From: Terrimicrobiaceae bacterium
GTDB taxonomy: Bacteria > Verrucomicrobiota > Verrucomicrobiia > Chthoniobacterales > Terrimicrobiaceae
Length of the DNA stretch: 64,000 nucleotides
Assembly (NCBI GenBank): GCA_044342325.1
Contig: JBIIPZ010000001.1
Span: 32,001 to 96,000 of the forward strand
Direction of reading: 5' to 3'
Part shown: piece after piece, positions 39,223 to 49,398 of the stretch
How the letters are laid out: the number at the start of each line of letters is the position of its first letter
Position numbering within the stretch: position 1 is the first letter of the stretch
The notes under the pieces: generated by a model
Told to the model about the DNA's origin: nothing
Database searches by the model: none
What the model saw: only the letters and a program-made list of their open reading frames with translations
Translations under genes and position numbers: made by a program

Positions 39223-39968
39223 TTGCCGAAGGCTGTGCCCACATCCTTGCCGGCCAGGGCGTCTTGCATGCGGTTGGGAATCCTGCCGTCGATGATATGG
39301 CAGGTAATATCAGCCGAGATGGCTTTGCGGACGGCTTCGAGCTTCGTCTTCATGCCGCCGGTGGATTCCTCGCCCTTGTCCGGGCGCACGAAGCGGAATG
39401 CCTCGGCGATGCTGCGAACGCGCGGCACCCGCTGGCCGTCGTGATCCATGAGCCCGTCAGTGCTGGTGAGGATGATCAATCGGTCGGCCTGAATGAGTGT
39501 GGCCACCTCAGAGGAAAGGCGGTCATTGTCGCCGAAGCGGAGTTCCTCGACGGCGACGGAGTCGTTTTCATTGATGATTGGAATGACGCCGTGCTCAATG
39601 AGGCGGTCGAGGGTGTTCCGGGCATTTTCGCGATGCATCAGGCTGTCGATGTCGCCGTGTGTGAGTAGAAGCTGTGCGACATTGAGGCCGTGTTTTTTGA
39701 AAGATGCCGTGTAGAGGCGCATCAACTCGGGCTGCCCCGCCGCCGCGCACGCTTGCTTCCCTGGGAGGTCGTCCGGGCGTTTTTTAAGCTTCAAAACCCG
39801 AACGCCCGCCGCGATGGCAGCGCTGCTGACCATGATGCATGCGTAGCCTTCATTTTGGAGTTCCGTGATTTCTGCCGAGAGGCGCGTGAATTGTGCCTGG
39901 TCGAGGGACTTTCCCCCGGGGGAGGACAGCACGCCTGTGCCGAGTTTGATGACGAGTCGCTTCTTCAT
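39219..39968 (-). CDS. proB: Glutamate 5-kinase (no PUA domain)
   Basis: VIKLGT, QACAAAGQ, IINENDSV, FGDNDRLS, TGGMKTK. Confidence 0.95.
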   Translation of the reverse strand: MKKRLVIKLGTGVLSSPGGKSLDQAQFTRLSAEITELQNEGYACIMVSSAAIAAGVRVLKLKKRPDDLPGKQACAAAGQPELMRLYTASFKKHGLNVAQLLLTHGDIDSLMHRENARNTLDRLIEHGVIPIINENDSVAVEELRFGDNDRLSSEVATLIQADRLIILTSTDGLMDHDGQRVPRVRSIAEAFRFVRPDKGEESTGGMKTKLEAVRKAISADITCHIIDGRIPNRMQDALAGKDVGTAFGK

Positions 39969-40924
39969 GGGTGGGCAATCATTTGGAGAAAACCGCTCTC
40001 GAGGGCAAGCGCCTCCTGCACACCGGCAGAGAGCATACGGCGGGTGCGTTCGAGCGCATCGAGGCGCTTGAGGAGAGTCTTCGGGTCATTCGCCTCCGCA
40101 ATGCGTTGGATGTTCGGCGGGCAATCCTCAGTAGGGCGGACTTTTTGCCGGAGGGCGGCGGCGAGAACCGCGCCGAGGGCGGCGAGAAAACGCCCACGCT
40201 CGCGCAGGACTGTGGACTCCCCTTGTGCCTTGATTTGATCCTCGCGGGTGTCTTTCCAGGTTTTATCGATCGAGTCGCGGTATTGCTTCAGCTGATCCTT
40301 GAACTCGGATTCGAGTCCCTCGGTGGCCTGCTCGCGGATCCCAGCCATGGCCGCTTGGAAGAGGCGTGTGAAGCGCAGGGCTGTTCCGGCGTCCGGGCCT
40401 CCATTTTGCAGGAGGGCTTTCTCAAAGGCGCCGCTGATGGATGCCGTGTGCTCGTCCTGCACGGTTTCCATTGGCGATTGAAGTGGAACAGTGATGCAGC
40501 GCGAGAGAATCGTTGTAAGCACGGCGTCGCGGAGAGTCGTGGTGAGGAGGATGTGCGAGCCGGTGGGAGGCTCTTCCAATGTCTTGAGAAAAGCATTCGC
40601 GGCCTGGGGTTGGAGTCGGTCGGCATCATGGATCACCGCCACCTTGTTTCCACCTGCCAGCGGCTTCATGTGCAAGGCCTGCTCGAGTTCGCGGATTTGG
40701 TCGGTAACGATGCGGCGGGATTTCGACTCCGGCGCGGCTTGGTGGAAATCGGGATGAGCCGACACATTCTCGGGACTTGTTCCAAGAATGGTTGCCGCGA
40801 GATGCGATGCGAGCCATTCGCAACCAGAGCCCGGGGGCCCTGACAGCAGGTAGGCATGGGCAAGCCGTCCCGCGTTGCGGGCTTCGATCAGTCGCTCAAG
40901 TGCTCTCTCCTTGGGAAGGGCCAT
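39965..40924 (-). CDS. holB: DNA polymerase III delta' subunit
   Basis: RLAHAYLLSGP, HPDF, AANAFLKTLEEPP, TILSRC. Confidence 0.88.
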   Translation of the reverse strand: MALPKERALERLIEARNAGRLAHAYLLSGPPGSGCEWLASHLAATILGTSPENVSAHPDFHQAAPESKSRRIVTDQIRELEQALHMKPLAGGNKVAVIHDADRLQPQAANAFLKTLEEPPTGSHILLTTTLRDAVLTTILSRCITVPLQSPMETVQDEHTASISGAFEKALLQNGGPDAGTALRFTRLFQAAMAGIREQATEGLESEFKDQLKQYRDSIDKTWKDTREDQIKAQGESTVLRERGRFLAALGAVLAAALRQKVRPTEDCPPNIQRIAEANDPKTLLKRLDALERTRRMLSAGVQEALALESGFLQMIAHP

Positions 40925-40995
40925 GGGATAGGAAATCTCGCGAAAACGGCGGCATCCGTCGAATCAAATTCCGCCCTGCCCGTGACTGCGAAGGC

Positions 40996-41997
40996 CTATT
41001 TTGAAGCAGCTTTGTCGCGGTATTGGATATAGCCGGTGCGGACAGCGATGTAGGGATCGATCGCATTCTGGGTGGCGGCATCGTAGAGGTTGATTCTGGT
41101 ATTCATGTTCCGCGCGGCGCTTGGCGCGGACACCGCCAAGGCGGTCGCACCGGTGACTCCCCCGTAGGAGAGCCAGGAAACAGGGTTCAAGGCATAGTCT
41201 CCGGCCATTCCCACCGTGTCGCGCACGCTCCTCGGCCCGAGCACCGGTAGGACGACATAGGCTCCATGGCCCATGCCCCACTTCGCGAAAGTCTGGCCTG
41301 TGTCCGCTGGGGGAATGTTTGCCAACTCGGGAATACGGTCGCTGACCTTTAGGATGCCTCCCACGCCGGCCACCGAATTCACCAAAAACTTCCGCGTCTC
41401 CAGATCAGCGCGCTTGAACTCAAATTGCAGGGCATGATTCACCACGCGGACTGGATACTCGACATTGTCGAAAATATTGTGAATCGCCTGGCGGGCGGGG
41501 GAGGGTAGGACAAACTCGTAGGCTTTGGAGACTGGTCGCAGCAGATAATTGTAAAGTTGGTGGTTCAGCCAGAAGGTGCCCCGGTTCAAAGGCTCCGCAG
41601 GGTCGGGAATGCTGGCAACTTGGCTGTATTCGTCCAAGTCATCACCCGCAGGCGCGGGCGCCGCCTTTTTCTGGATTCGAATGGTCGGATCCTTCGACTT
41701 GGGGGCGGTTTTTTGGACAGGTTTGACCGGCTTGGGGGCCGGCTTCGAAACGGATGGGGCCGGAGTTGGTTTTGGCTTCGGTATTGGCTTTGGAGTCGGC
41801 TTAGGGGATGGTTCCACAGCGCTTCTTAAAAACAGCGTCCCGTCAGAGTTTTTTGGGAGTTTCCCGCCGCGTGCAGGTTGGACCCCATCTTTCGTGATGA
41901 TGACGATGTCGTTATCCGAAGGGCTGCTTGCGGACGCTGCATTCAGGTCACACAAGGCCAGAGCGGCTACGACCAGAATCGAGAAAGACTTCTTCAT
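40996..41997 (-). CDS. mlaA: MlaA/VacJ family protein with Pro/Lys-rich N-terminal extension
   Basis: DPAEPLNR, DTGQTFAKWG, YVVLPVLGPRSVRD, IDPYIAVR. Confidence 0.9.
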   Translation of the reverse strand: MKKSFSILVVAALALCDLNAASASSPSDNDIVIITKDGVQPARGGKLPKNSDGTLFLRSAVEPSPKPTPKPIPKPKPTPAPSVSKPAPKPVKPVQKTAPKSKDPTIRIQKKAAPAPAGDDLDEYSQVASIPDPAEPLNRGTFWLNHQLYNYLLRPVSKAYEFVLPSPARQAIHNIFDNVEYPVRVVNHALQFEFKRADLETRKFLVNSVAGVGGILKVSDRIPELANIPPADTGQTFAKWGMGHGAYVVLPVLGPRSVRDTVGMAGDYALNPVSWLSYGGVTGATALAVSAPSAARNMNTRINLYDAATQNAIDPYIAVRTGYIQYRDKAASK

Positions 41998-42009
41998 GGC
42001 AGTGGAGGG

Positions 42010-42591
42010 CTAAGGCGCGGAGACAGATTTTTTGAGCGCGCCCAGAACGGCATCGGCACCGCCCTGCTTGAATTCGGCGTCGAACTGGGTTCGGTAGTTC
42101 CCCACCATGCTCACGCCTTCAATGACGACATCGGTGATCCTCCAACCATCGATTTCCTCAAGGCGGTAGATGACATTGTATTTCGAGCCTTTGTAGAGCG
42201 TCATTGTGGAAACCTCGACCCGCTCGGGCGTTGGTGAAGTAGCGGCTTTGTAAGTGATCTCCGGCAGCTCGCCGGGTGTGAATTTTCCGGAATAGGTGCG
42301 GATGATCAATGTGCTGAAGAGTCGGATGGCTTCCTTCTGTTGCTCAGCCGTGAATTGCTTCCAGCCCGGCCCGACGGCTCGCCGCGTCATGGCATCGAAG
42401 CTGATGATCTTCAGCAAAAGGGGGCGAAGGCTGTCAGCCAGAGCCGTGCTGTTTGGCGAAGACTTGCCAATGCTGACGACTTCGTTGATGGATTTTTTCA
42501 GGAAAGCCTCGGCGTCTGCTGCTGAGGCAGCAAATGCGTTTGGAATAGCAGCCAGCAAGGTTAGTGCAATGAGAACGGGGAGTGTTTTCAC
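42010..42591 (-). CDS. mlaC: MlaC/Ttg2D phospholipid-binding protein
   Basis: WRITDVVIEGVSMVGNYRTQF. Confidence 0.9.
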   Translation of the reverse strand: MKTLPVLIALTLLAAIPNAFAASAADAEAFLKKSINEVVSIGKSSPNSTALADSLRPLLLKIISFDAMTRRAVGPGWKQFTAEQQKEAIRLFSTLIIRTYSGKFTPGELPEITYKAATSPTPERVEVSTMTLYKGSKYNVIYRLEEIDGWRITDVVIEGVSMVGNYRTQFDAEFKQGGADAVLGALKKSVSAP

Positions 42592-42600
42592 GATGGTGGA

Positions 42601-43077
42601 TTACTTGGTTTCTTTTTCGGCTTTGTCTTGGTTAACGGATCCAAAAGCCATTTTACCGATCAGCGATTCGAGGTCTACTGCGGATTCGGTGAGTGTGATG
42701 CGATTACCCGGCTTCAAATAGGTTTCATCCGCTCCAGGAGAGAGGGAGACGAACTTGTCGCCAATTAGACCTGTGGTTTTGATCGATGCCATGGAATCGG
42801 TGGGTAATTGCAGACCTTCCAGAACGCGCAAGGTGACGATGGCACTGAAATCAGAGGGTTCGATGCGCACCCCTTCGACCCGGCCAACCGTGACTCCTGC
42901 CACCATGACGCTGCTACCGGGATGGATACCGCCGGCATTTGTAAAGCGGGATTCGATGATGTAGGTGTCGCCGCTGACCAGTGATCCCGTTCCGACTTGA
43001 ATCGTGAGGTAAGCGATGGCTGCGATGCCGAGTAGCACGAAGATGCCTACGGAAAGTTCGAGTTTCGTGTTTTTCAT
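42601..43077 (-). CDS. mlaD: MlaD MCE-domain protein
   Basis: GVTVGRV, SIKTTGLIGDKFVSLSPG. Confidence 0.92.
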   Translation of the reverse strand: MKNTKLELSVGIFVLLGIAAIAYLTIQVGTGSLVSGDTYIIESRFTNAGGIHPGSSVMVAGVTVGRVEGVRIEPSDFSAIVTLRVLEGLQLPTDSMASIKTTGLIGDKFVSLSPGADETYLKPGNRITLTESAVDLESLIGKMAFGSVNQDKAEKETK

Positions 43078-43081
43078 AAAA

Positions 43082-43879
43082 TTAGGGTGTTGGATGGCTG
43101 CGGCGGATTTCGGCGAGTGACTCTCCGAGAGCCTGGGCACTGTCGCGGAAGAGCGAGACTACAGGTTCGCTTGAAGAGGAAAACTCGGCAGGTGAGCCGA
43201 CAAAGGCAATGCGCCCTTGGTTCAACAATGCCACCCGATCGCTCGCGACCAGCGCCTCGGGCACATCATGGGTCACGATGAGCGCTGTGAAATTGAAGTG
43301 GCGTTGATACTTGGCAATCATCGCAAAAACCGCATTCCGGCGCAGGGGATCGAGTCCGGCGGTGGGTTCGTCAAACAAGACCAGCTCGGGACGGGTTACA
43401 ATCGCCCTCGCCAAGGCCAAGCGCTTCTGCATGCCGCCTGAAAGTTGGGCCGGGTAGTGGTGGAGGAAGTCTTCCATTTCGAGTTGTTGCAAAGCATCCC
43501 GGCAGCGGCTCAGGATTTCCATCTTCCCCAGAGTTGTCGTTTGCTCCAAAGGAAGAGCCACATTTTCCAGAGTGGTGAGGGAATCGAACAGGGCGTTGCT
43601 CTGAAACAAAAAACTACATCGCCTGCGGAATTCAGCGCGCGCGGCGGAATCGCCCGCTTCCAGTTCCTGTCCGTCGAAGCGGATTCGCCCGGCGTCTGGT
43701 TGCAGGATGTTTGCGAGACATTTCAGGAAGACGGATTTCCCAGTGCCACTCGGGCCAAGGACGGTAAAAATACTGCCACGAGGAACTTCCAGATCCACCC
43801 CCCGGAGCACGGATTTTCCCTGGAAGCCTTTTTGCAGGCCCTCGACATGAAGAGCGATGGGGTGCTTGGCAGTTTCCAT
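43082..43879 (-). CDS. mlaF: MlaF ABC ATPase
   Basis: GPSGTGKS, LSGGMQKRLALARA, DEPTAGLDP; operon context. Confidence 0.9.
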   Translation of the reverse strand: METAKHPIALHVEGLQKGFQGKSVLRGVDLEVPRGSIFTVLGPSGTGKSVFLKCLANILQPDAGRIRFDGQELEAGDSAARAEFRRRCSFLFQSNALFDSLTTLENVALPLEQTTTLGKMEILSRCRDALQQLEMEDFLHHYPAQLSGGMQKRLALARAIVTRPELVLFDEPTAGLDPLRRNAVFAMIAKYQRHFNFTALIVTHDVPEALVASDRVALLNQGRIAFVGSPAEFSSSSEPVVSLFRDSAQALGESLAEIRRSHPTP

Positions 43880-43881
43880 TC

Positions 43882-44670
43882 TCAGATAAAAAACGAACTA
43901 ATGATGTAATCCGTCACGAGCACAGCGATGCTTGAAAGCACCACCGCCCGCGTCGTGCAGGCGCTCACGGCTCGCGCCCCAACGGCGGATCCATTCCTGT
44001 CGGCATGAAATCCCTGATAAGCGCAGATGCTCATTGATAAAAGCCCGAACGCCGCCGCCTTGCTGAAGCATTCCATCAAATCCCTCGCCTCGACCGCCCG
44101 GTGCACAGCGGACCAGTAAACACCCGAATCCACGCCGAGCAGGACCGAGCCCGAAAGGCTTCCTCCCCATATTCCCAAGATGACAAAAAGCGCCGCCTGA
44201 ATTGGAAAAACAATCAGAGCCGCAACGAGACGCGGTGCCACAAGATAGCCATGGCTGTTCACTCCCATCGTCTCCAAGGCCACGATTTGCTCGGTGTTGC
44301 GTTGTATTCCCAACTCCGCCGCAAAAGCCGATCCCGCCTGCCCGATGAGCATGAGAGATGCCAGCACAGGTGCCATTTCCCGCACCAGACTCAGCGAAAC
44401 CAAAGTGCCCAACAACCCCTGCGAACCAAACCGGCTCAGCACATGGTAGCCCTGCAAACCCAACACCAACCCAGTGAAAACGCCCACAATCAATATGACC
44501 GGCAGACAAACCGTTCCCTGCTCATGCACAGCCCGGGCAATCCGCGTCAAAAGGCGCTTGGTCTGCGTCAAGGAAACAAACGACCTCCCGGTGAAAAGCG
44601 AGAACTCGCCCATTTCAAAAACAACGCTGAGCGTCCGCCTTCCAAGCCAGTGCAACATTGGGTGGATCAT
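43882..44670 (-). CDS. mlaE: MlaE permease
   Basis: LVREMAPVL, AAELG...EQIVALETMG, TTRAVV. Confidence 0.92.
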   Translation of the reverse strand: MIHPMLHWLGRRTLSVVFEMGEFSLFTGRSFVSLTQTKRLLTRIARAVHEQGTVCLPVILIVGVFTGLVLGLQGYHVLSRFGSQGLLGTLVSLSLVREMAPVLASLMLIGQAGSAFAAELGIQRNTEQIVALETMGVNSHGYLVAPRLVAALIVFPIQAALFVILGIWGGSLSGSVLLGVDSGVYWSAVHRAVEARDLMECFSKAAAFGLLSMSICAYQGFHADRNGSAVGARAVSACTTRAVVLSSIAVLVTDYIISSFFI

Positions 44671-44780
44671 TGGCACGAAAATGCGGATTTTACAACTGCT
44701 CGCGCATCCCCTGTCGGCGACAGCCGGGGTTCCTTAAAGGCAAATTGCACCAACCAAAACCGCTTGCTGATGCCTCAGAT

Positions 44781-46939
44781 CTACGCGCGGCGGAGGCTGA
44801 CAATGGTGGCGCGGAATTCGCCGCTGAGGTCGAGTTGCAGGGAATTGCCTTTGAGGGTTGCCGACAGGCCTTCTTTTTCGGGCCAGTCCTGATCGATTTT
44901 CCATCCGCTTTCGGCGAGTGGGATTTGCACGGACTTTGGAAATGCTTTGCCAAAGGTGTGGGCGACGAGCAGGGCGCGCTTGCCATTTTTCGAAGTGCGC
45001 AGCACGGCCTGCCAGCCTTGTGGGTGGCGCCAGCTTTTGCCGGTCTCGCTGTGGAAGGTGGAGTGGCCGTCGCGGATGATTGGATAGACGCGGCGGTAGA
45101 GTTCCATGGCGGAAACGCTGAGCTTCCATTGTGCAGCTGAGAGGTCGTGGACCTCGCCCGAAAGGCACATGCGGCCGAGGAAGGTGGCGGCGAGAGAGTA
45201 GGCGGGCGTTGCGCGGTGTCGTTCTTGCGCCGCACCGCCCAGATCTGTGACTGGCGCGGCAGGATGAGGCGTTGGAGATTGGCGGCGATGATAGAGATCT
45301 CGCGGGTCTCGTGCGCATCGGAGAATGATCCCATCGCGCAGAGGCCCATCATCGAGGGTTCGAGACGATGACCGCCGGAAGAGCAGTTCTCAATGACGAG
45401 ATCGGGAATTTCCTCGCGCATCTTGCGGAAGAATTTCTGCATGCCTTCGAGGTGCTGGCGCAAACCTTCACCGGGTGATTCGGCCCCATCGACGCCGAAG
45501 CCGATGGTCTCGTTGTAATCGACCTTGAGGTAGCCGAAGCCGTTGTTGCGCAAAAGGTCGATCGCCTTCTTGGTCAGATAATCGAACGTGCGCGGATCGC
45601 GAAAATCCCAGAAACGCCTGCCCGCATCCAGCACCTGTCCATCGCGACGCAGCAGCGCGTCGTCCTGAGCCGCCCGGGCGGAGTGAATTCCCAGCGTCTC
45701 CATCTCGAACCAAAGCCCGGGAATCAATCCGCACTCGCGGATGGCTTGGGCGGCTGCGGCAAGACCATTGGGAAAAAGGCGTTTGCTCACCTCCCAATCC
45801 CCATGCCCCGAGGACCAGCTCGTCCCTTCCGCCTGATACCAGCCCGCATCAATCACCAGGTATTTGGCAGGCGTCCCTTTGATCCGTTGGGCTAGTGCCA
45901 GCAGATCTTCCTGAGAGGGATTGCCCCAGCTGGTGCACCACTCGTTCACCACGATGGGCAGTTCGTTCTCGATCTTCGGCAAATTCGCCAGCGGGCCTTC
46001 CTGTGCGGAACTGAGGCGCTGCGCGAGTTCATCGATATTACCCTTGATACAACCGATCGTGGCGGCGGGCGTGTCGTAGGTTTCGCCTGCCTTTAGCGTT
46101 TTGAACCAATGTCCGAACTCGCGGTCGGCCTGACCACCCGATAGCGCGACGAAATCGTCCTTGCGGAACACTTCCATCTGCCACGAGCCGGGAGTGGCAA
46201 GTTGTGCGCCCCAGAGCACGCCGGCCTCGCGATCCTCGAGCGCGACGAAGGGGAAAAATCTCCGCACCGGCATCGAGCCAACCTGGCCAAAGCGTTCGCA
46301 GGCGATGCCGTGACCGATCCATGACCGCTCAAGTTGCAGGTCTTCGATGTCTTGCGTATTGAGGCGCCCTTCGGCACTCCAAGTGGAGCGGTAGCGATGC
46401 ACGGCCAAACGGTTCGGCGCGTCATCATGGGCATAGGGCGTCATGCCACCGAGCGAGAAGCTGCTGAGCATTTCGAGGGTCACCGGTTTCTTACCGGCAT
46501 TTCGCACGCTCACACGACTGGAAAAAACCGGTGTGTTTCCCTGCTATGAAAGCCTATGCTCGCAGCGCAAGCCCGAGGGATGCTTGAGGGTGGTGATGAC
46601 GCGCGTGCTGCCGTTTTTCTTGTGAACCTTCTGACCGATGAATTCGAGAACCTCCGTCGAGTGCCCCGCCCGCATGGTGCGACCCTGGGAAAAGGACCCG
46701 CCATAGATGTCCTCCATGCACTTGAGCTGCACCAGCGCATCGAGCGACCACGCATGCATCGGTTGCCACATTGCCGGCAGGCCCACGATCTCGACATCCG
46801 GCGGCAGGAATTCGCGATGCTTCACCGGCGCGAGCGATTTCGGATGAAGCGAGAGCTGCGGCGCGCCCTTGCCTTCGGCGGGTGCATCGAAGCGGATGAT
46901 CGTGTCGCCGACGGTGAATTTGGAAAGGAGTTTGGTCAT
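44781..46939 (-). pseudogene. GH36 alpha-galactosidase pseudogene
   Basis: VIDAGWY, YLKVDYN, IENCSSGGHR motifs; in-frame TAG at 46544-46546 (LS*QGNTP) and a 1-bp deletion near 45205 (QR/LAYSLAATFLGRMCLSG continues in another frame). Confidence 0.85.
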
Positions 46940-48035
46940 GATAAAGTAAGTATTAAGGGAGCGTCGGTCTCACTGAAACTTGCGGATGAAGTCAGGTGCA
47001 AACAAAATAATCTCCGTTTCGAGGCCGCGATCCGAACTTCGAAGACGGCTGCCGGGGCGTTGCTTTGCCTGGATGGCATTTCCAAGCGCAGGCAGTCGGT
47101 GGAAATGCTGCCCTGGAAGGCAATGACATCACGCGCCTGATGATTCTTCTCGATCCCGTGCAGGATGCGTCCGGTTCCGTCTAGCAGGCGGTAGTCGCGC
47201 ACAGTGAATGGCATCACCCGCTCCGGGTGGTCCATTAATACGCTCTCAAGCGGATGATCCTAGTCGGCGTCAAAAGTGATTTCTACCCGGCCGATGTTTT
47301 GAGGTGAGGGCCATTTGAGCTCAAGCCAGGCGTTCCCATCGCTTGGAGCCGCCACCCAGGCGTTGGTGGCATCGTTCGGGCGTGGGATGCCATTGATGAC
47401 ATTTTCCGAACCGAACCCTTCGAGCGCGGGAGAAAACCTCAGGGCGAGGTTTTGTCCGGCGGGTCGGCGCACGGGCGACCATTGTTCAAACGAATCGACT
47501 CCGATTCCTTCCGGAGCCTTTTGATCGCTTTTACGCCGCACGGTAAGCAAGCCGGTGATCTGTTCCTCGCTGGTCCGAATCCGGACGGCGGGGTTTGCGG
47601 CGAAAAAGACGAAGGCATAAGTCGCTTGGGCAAATTCCGTCTCGAATTCGATTGTTACTTCCTGCGCCAGTCCGGCCGAGAGTTCGATGCGGCGTGTGGC
47701 GAGGGTGTGCTCCGGGGTGAAGTTGTCGGGCCGATGACCGGTGCGCAGCGCCACTTCGAGGGTTGTCGGTTCCGAAACATCGAGTAGGCAGGTGATCACG
47801 GAGACGCGTGCGGCATGCAAGGGGAGCAGTTGCGCCCACGAATGTTCGAGGTGGATCAACGGGCCGTCGGGTGCCAGCGCTGAGAGACGAAGGTCTCCGG
47901 AGGAGGTCAGCGTTGCCTTTCGGGCAAGATTCTCCTCATCGAGCAGGCGGTAGCCGGGGATGTGTTGGTCGGTGCGTGCGAGATCGCGGCGGAACACGCG
48001 CAGGCGCTCCGGTTCATTCAGATCGCGCGGCTTGG
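46936..48035 (-). pseudogene. C-terminal remnant of a large FAD-dependent oxidoreductase-like protein
   Basis: DLARTDQHIPG...FDAD*DHPLESVLMDHPE pattern; in-frame TAG at 47260-47262; N-terminus replaced by IS110 sequence; family call is from recall. Confidence 0.6.
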
Positions 48036-48458
48036 TATAGCTGTCGAGCCGCATGACCAGTGTGCGGGCATCGCGCTTATCGGTCTTGACGCGCATGCAG
48101 CGCGGGTCGACTCGCTCGGGCGTGACGACGATATTAGCGACGCCCATTTCCTCCAGAGCGCGATGAAGGTGGTATCCGAAAGACTCGGCCTCGTAGCAGG
48201 AGTGGAGCTCGATGCCAGGGCCGCCGGAATCCTTGATGAACTTGAAAGCTTGCTCCGAATTCATCTTGAGCGAGGGTTGCGGGGTTCTGTCGCCGATCTG
48301 GCGACACACAGTTATCTGGTTCGCGTGGACATCCAGACCGAATTTGATTTTGATGATTTCCTTGGCCGGAGCCTCGAACTTTTGGCTTACTGCGTCTTGT
48401 TTCATATGGAGCCGACAGTATGGCGCGGTTCACGCCGTCTCTTGGCTACATGTCATCT
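48036..48458 (-). mobile_element. Truncated IS110-family element (left end plus DEDD RuvC-like domain)
   Basis: GLDVH, CYEAESFG, RVKTDKRDAR DEDD motifs in ORF starting at 48405; C-terminal transposase domain missing. Confidence 0.85.
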
Positions 48459-48488
48459 CCCGGTTGCACGAGTCGCGCTGCCGCGCGG
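48457..48488. repeat. Half copy of REP-like element A at the IS110 end
   Basis: ctcccggttgcacgagtcgcgctgccgcgcgg matches the right half of copies at 51719 and 54930. Confidence 0.7.
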
Positions 48489-48512
48489 CAGCGTGATCGT
48501 TCGCGAAAAGCT

Positions 48513-49295
48513 TCAAACCACGATTGTGTGGGGCAGGGGGAATCCCTCGGCACCAGGGCAATGAACGCAGGTATGGTTGTTTCCGGAGGCTTGGAGTTTT
48601 TCCTGGATGGTGCCGGTGGCTAGTGCCGGGGCGTTGCAGTCCTCGCTTAAGTGCGCGAGGAGGACATGGCGTAGATCAGGGCTTGCGATTTCGGCAATGA
48701 GGCCGGCTGCGGCTTGATTAGAAAGGTGGCCGTGACGGGAGAGGATGCGTTGTTTCACAGACCAGGGGCGCTTCTGATCATTTTGCAGGAGGGTCTCGTC
48801 GTGGTTCGCTTCGATGAGCACGGCATTGACGCCGCGCGTCGCGTTGACCACCTGGCGCGGGGCGTGTCCGAGATCGGTGAGGACGGCGAAGGATGAGGAT
48901 TCATGTCTCAAAACAAAACCTACCGGGTCGGCGGCATCATGCGGCACGGAGAAGGGATGGATGTTGAAGTCCCCGAGTTGAAAGGCGGCTCCGCTTGAGA
49001 AGAAGCGCCACTCTGCTTGCATGCCGCCTTTGCGCAGGCTGTCTGCAGTGAGTGGGTTTGTGAAAACAGGGATCGCATTTTTTCCGCAAAGCCCTTTGAG
49101 GCCGCGCGTGTGGTCCACATGCTCGTGAGTGAGAAAAATCCCTGCGAGCATCTCGGGCGGCGTCGCCAGTCCAGCAAGAAGCTCGTTGAGGCGTTTCGCG
49201 CTTAGGCCTGCGTCGATCAAAATCGAAGTCCCTCCCGCCTTGGCAAGAATGGCGTTTCCCGAGCTGCCGCTGGCGAGGATGGAGACATGAATCAT
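48513..49295 (-). CDS. MBL-fold metallohydrolase (YycJ/WalJ-like)
   Basis: LASGSSGN, THEHVDH, PHDAADP, EANHD, GHLSN, AHLSEDCN. Confidence 0.9.
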   Translation of the reverse strand: MIHVSILASGSSGNAILAKAGGTSILIDAGLSAKRLNELLAGLATPPEMLAGIFLTHEHVDHTRGLKGLCGKNAIPVFTNPLTADSLRKGGMQAEWRFFSSGAAFQLGDFNIHPFSVPHDAADPVGFVLRHESSSFAVLTDLGHAPRQVVNATRGVNAVLIEANHDETLLQNDQKRPWSVKQRILSRHGHLSNQAAAGLIAEIASPDLRHVLLAHLSEDCNAPALATGTIQEKLQASGNNHTCVHCPGAEGFPLPHTIVV

Positions 49296-49398
49296 GAGCT
49301 TTTTATGGTAATCAAAACGGCTCATGGTTTGCGAGTCGAAGATCGGTGCGCAAGAGAGGACTTGCAGTGGATATGCGGCACGGATAGAGCCTTCGGAC

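Noticed and set aside
44670..44686. Second sigma-54 motif (ttggcacgaaaatgc)
   Set aside because: GG-to-GC spacing is one base short and it faces away from mlaE
46544..47262. Two in-frame TAG codons as amber recoding or pyrrolysine
   Set aside because: The same locus has a frameshift and a truncation, TAG ends intact genes elsewhere in the window, and both sites fit TGG-to-TAG mutation
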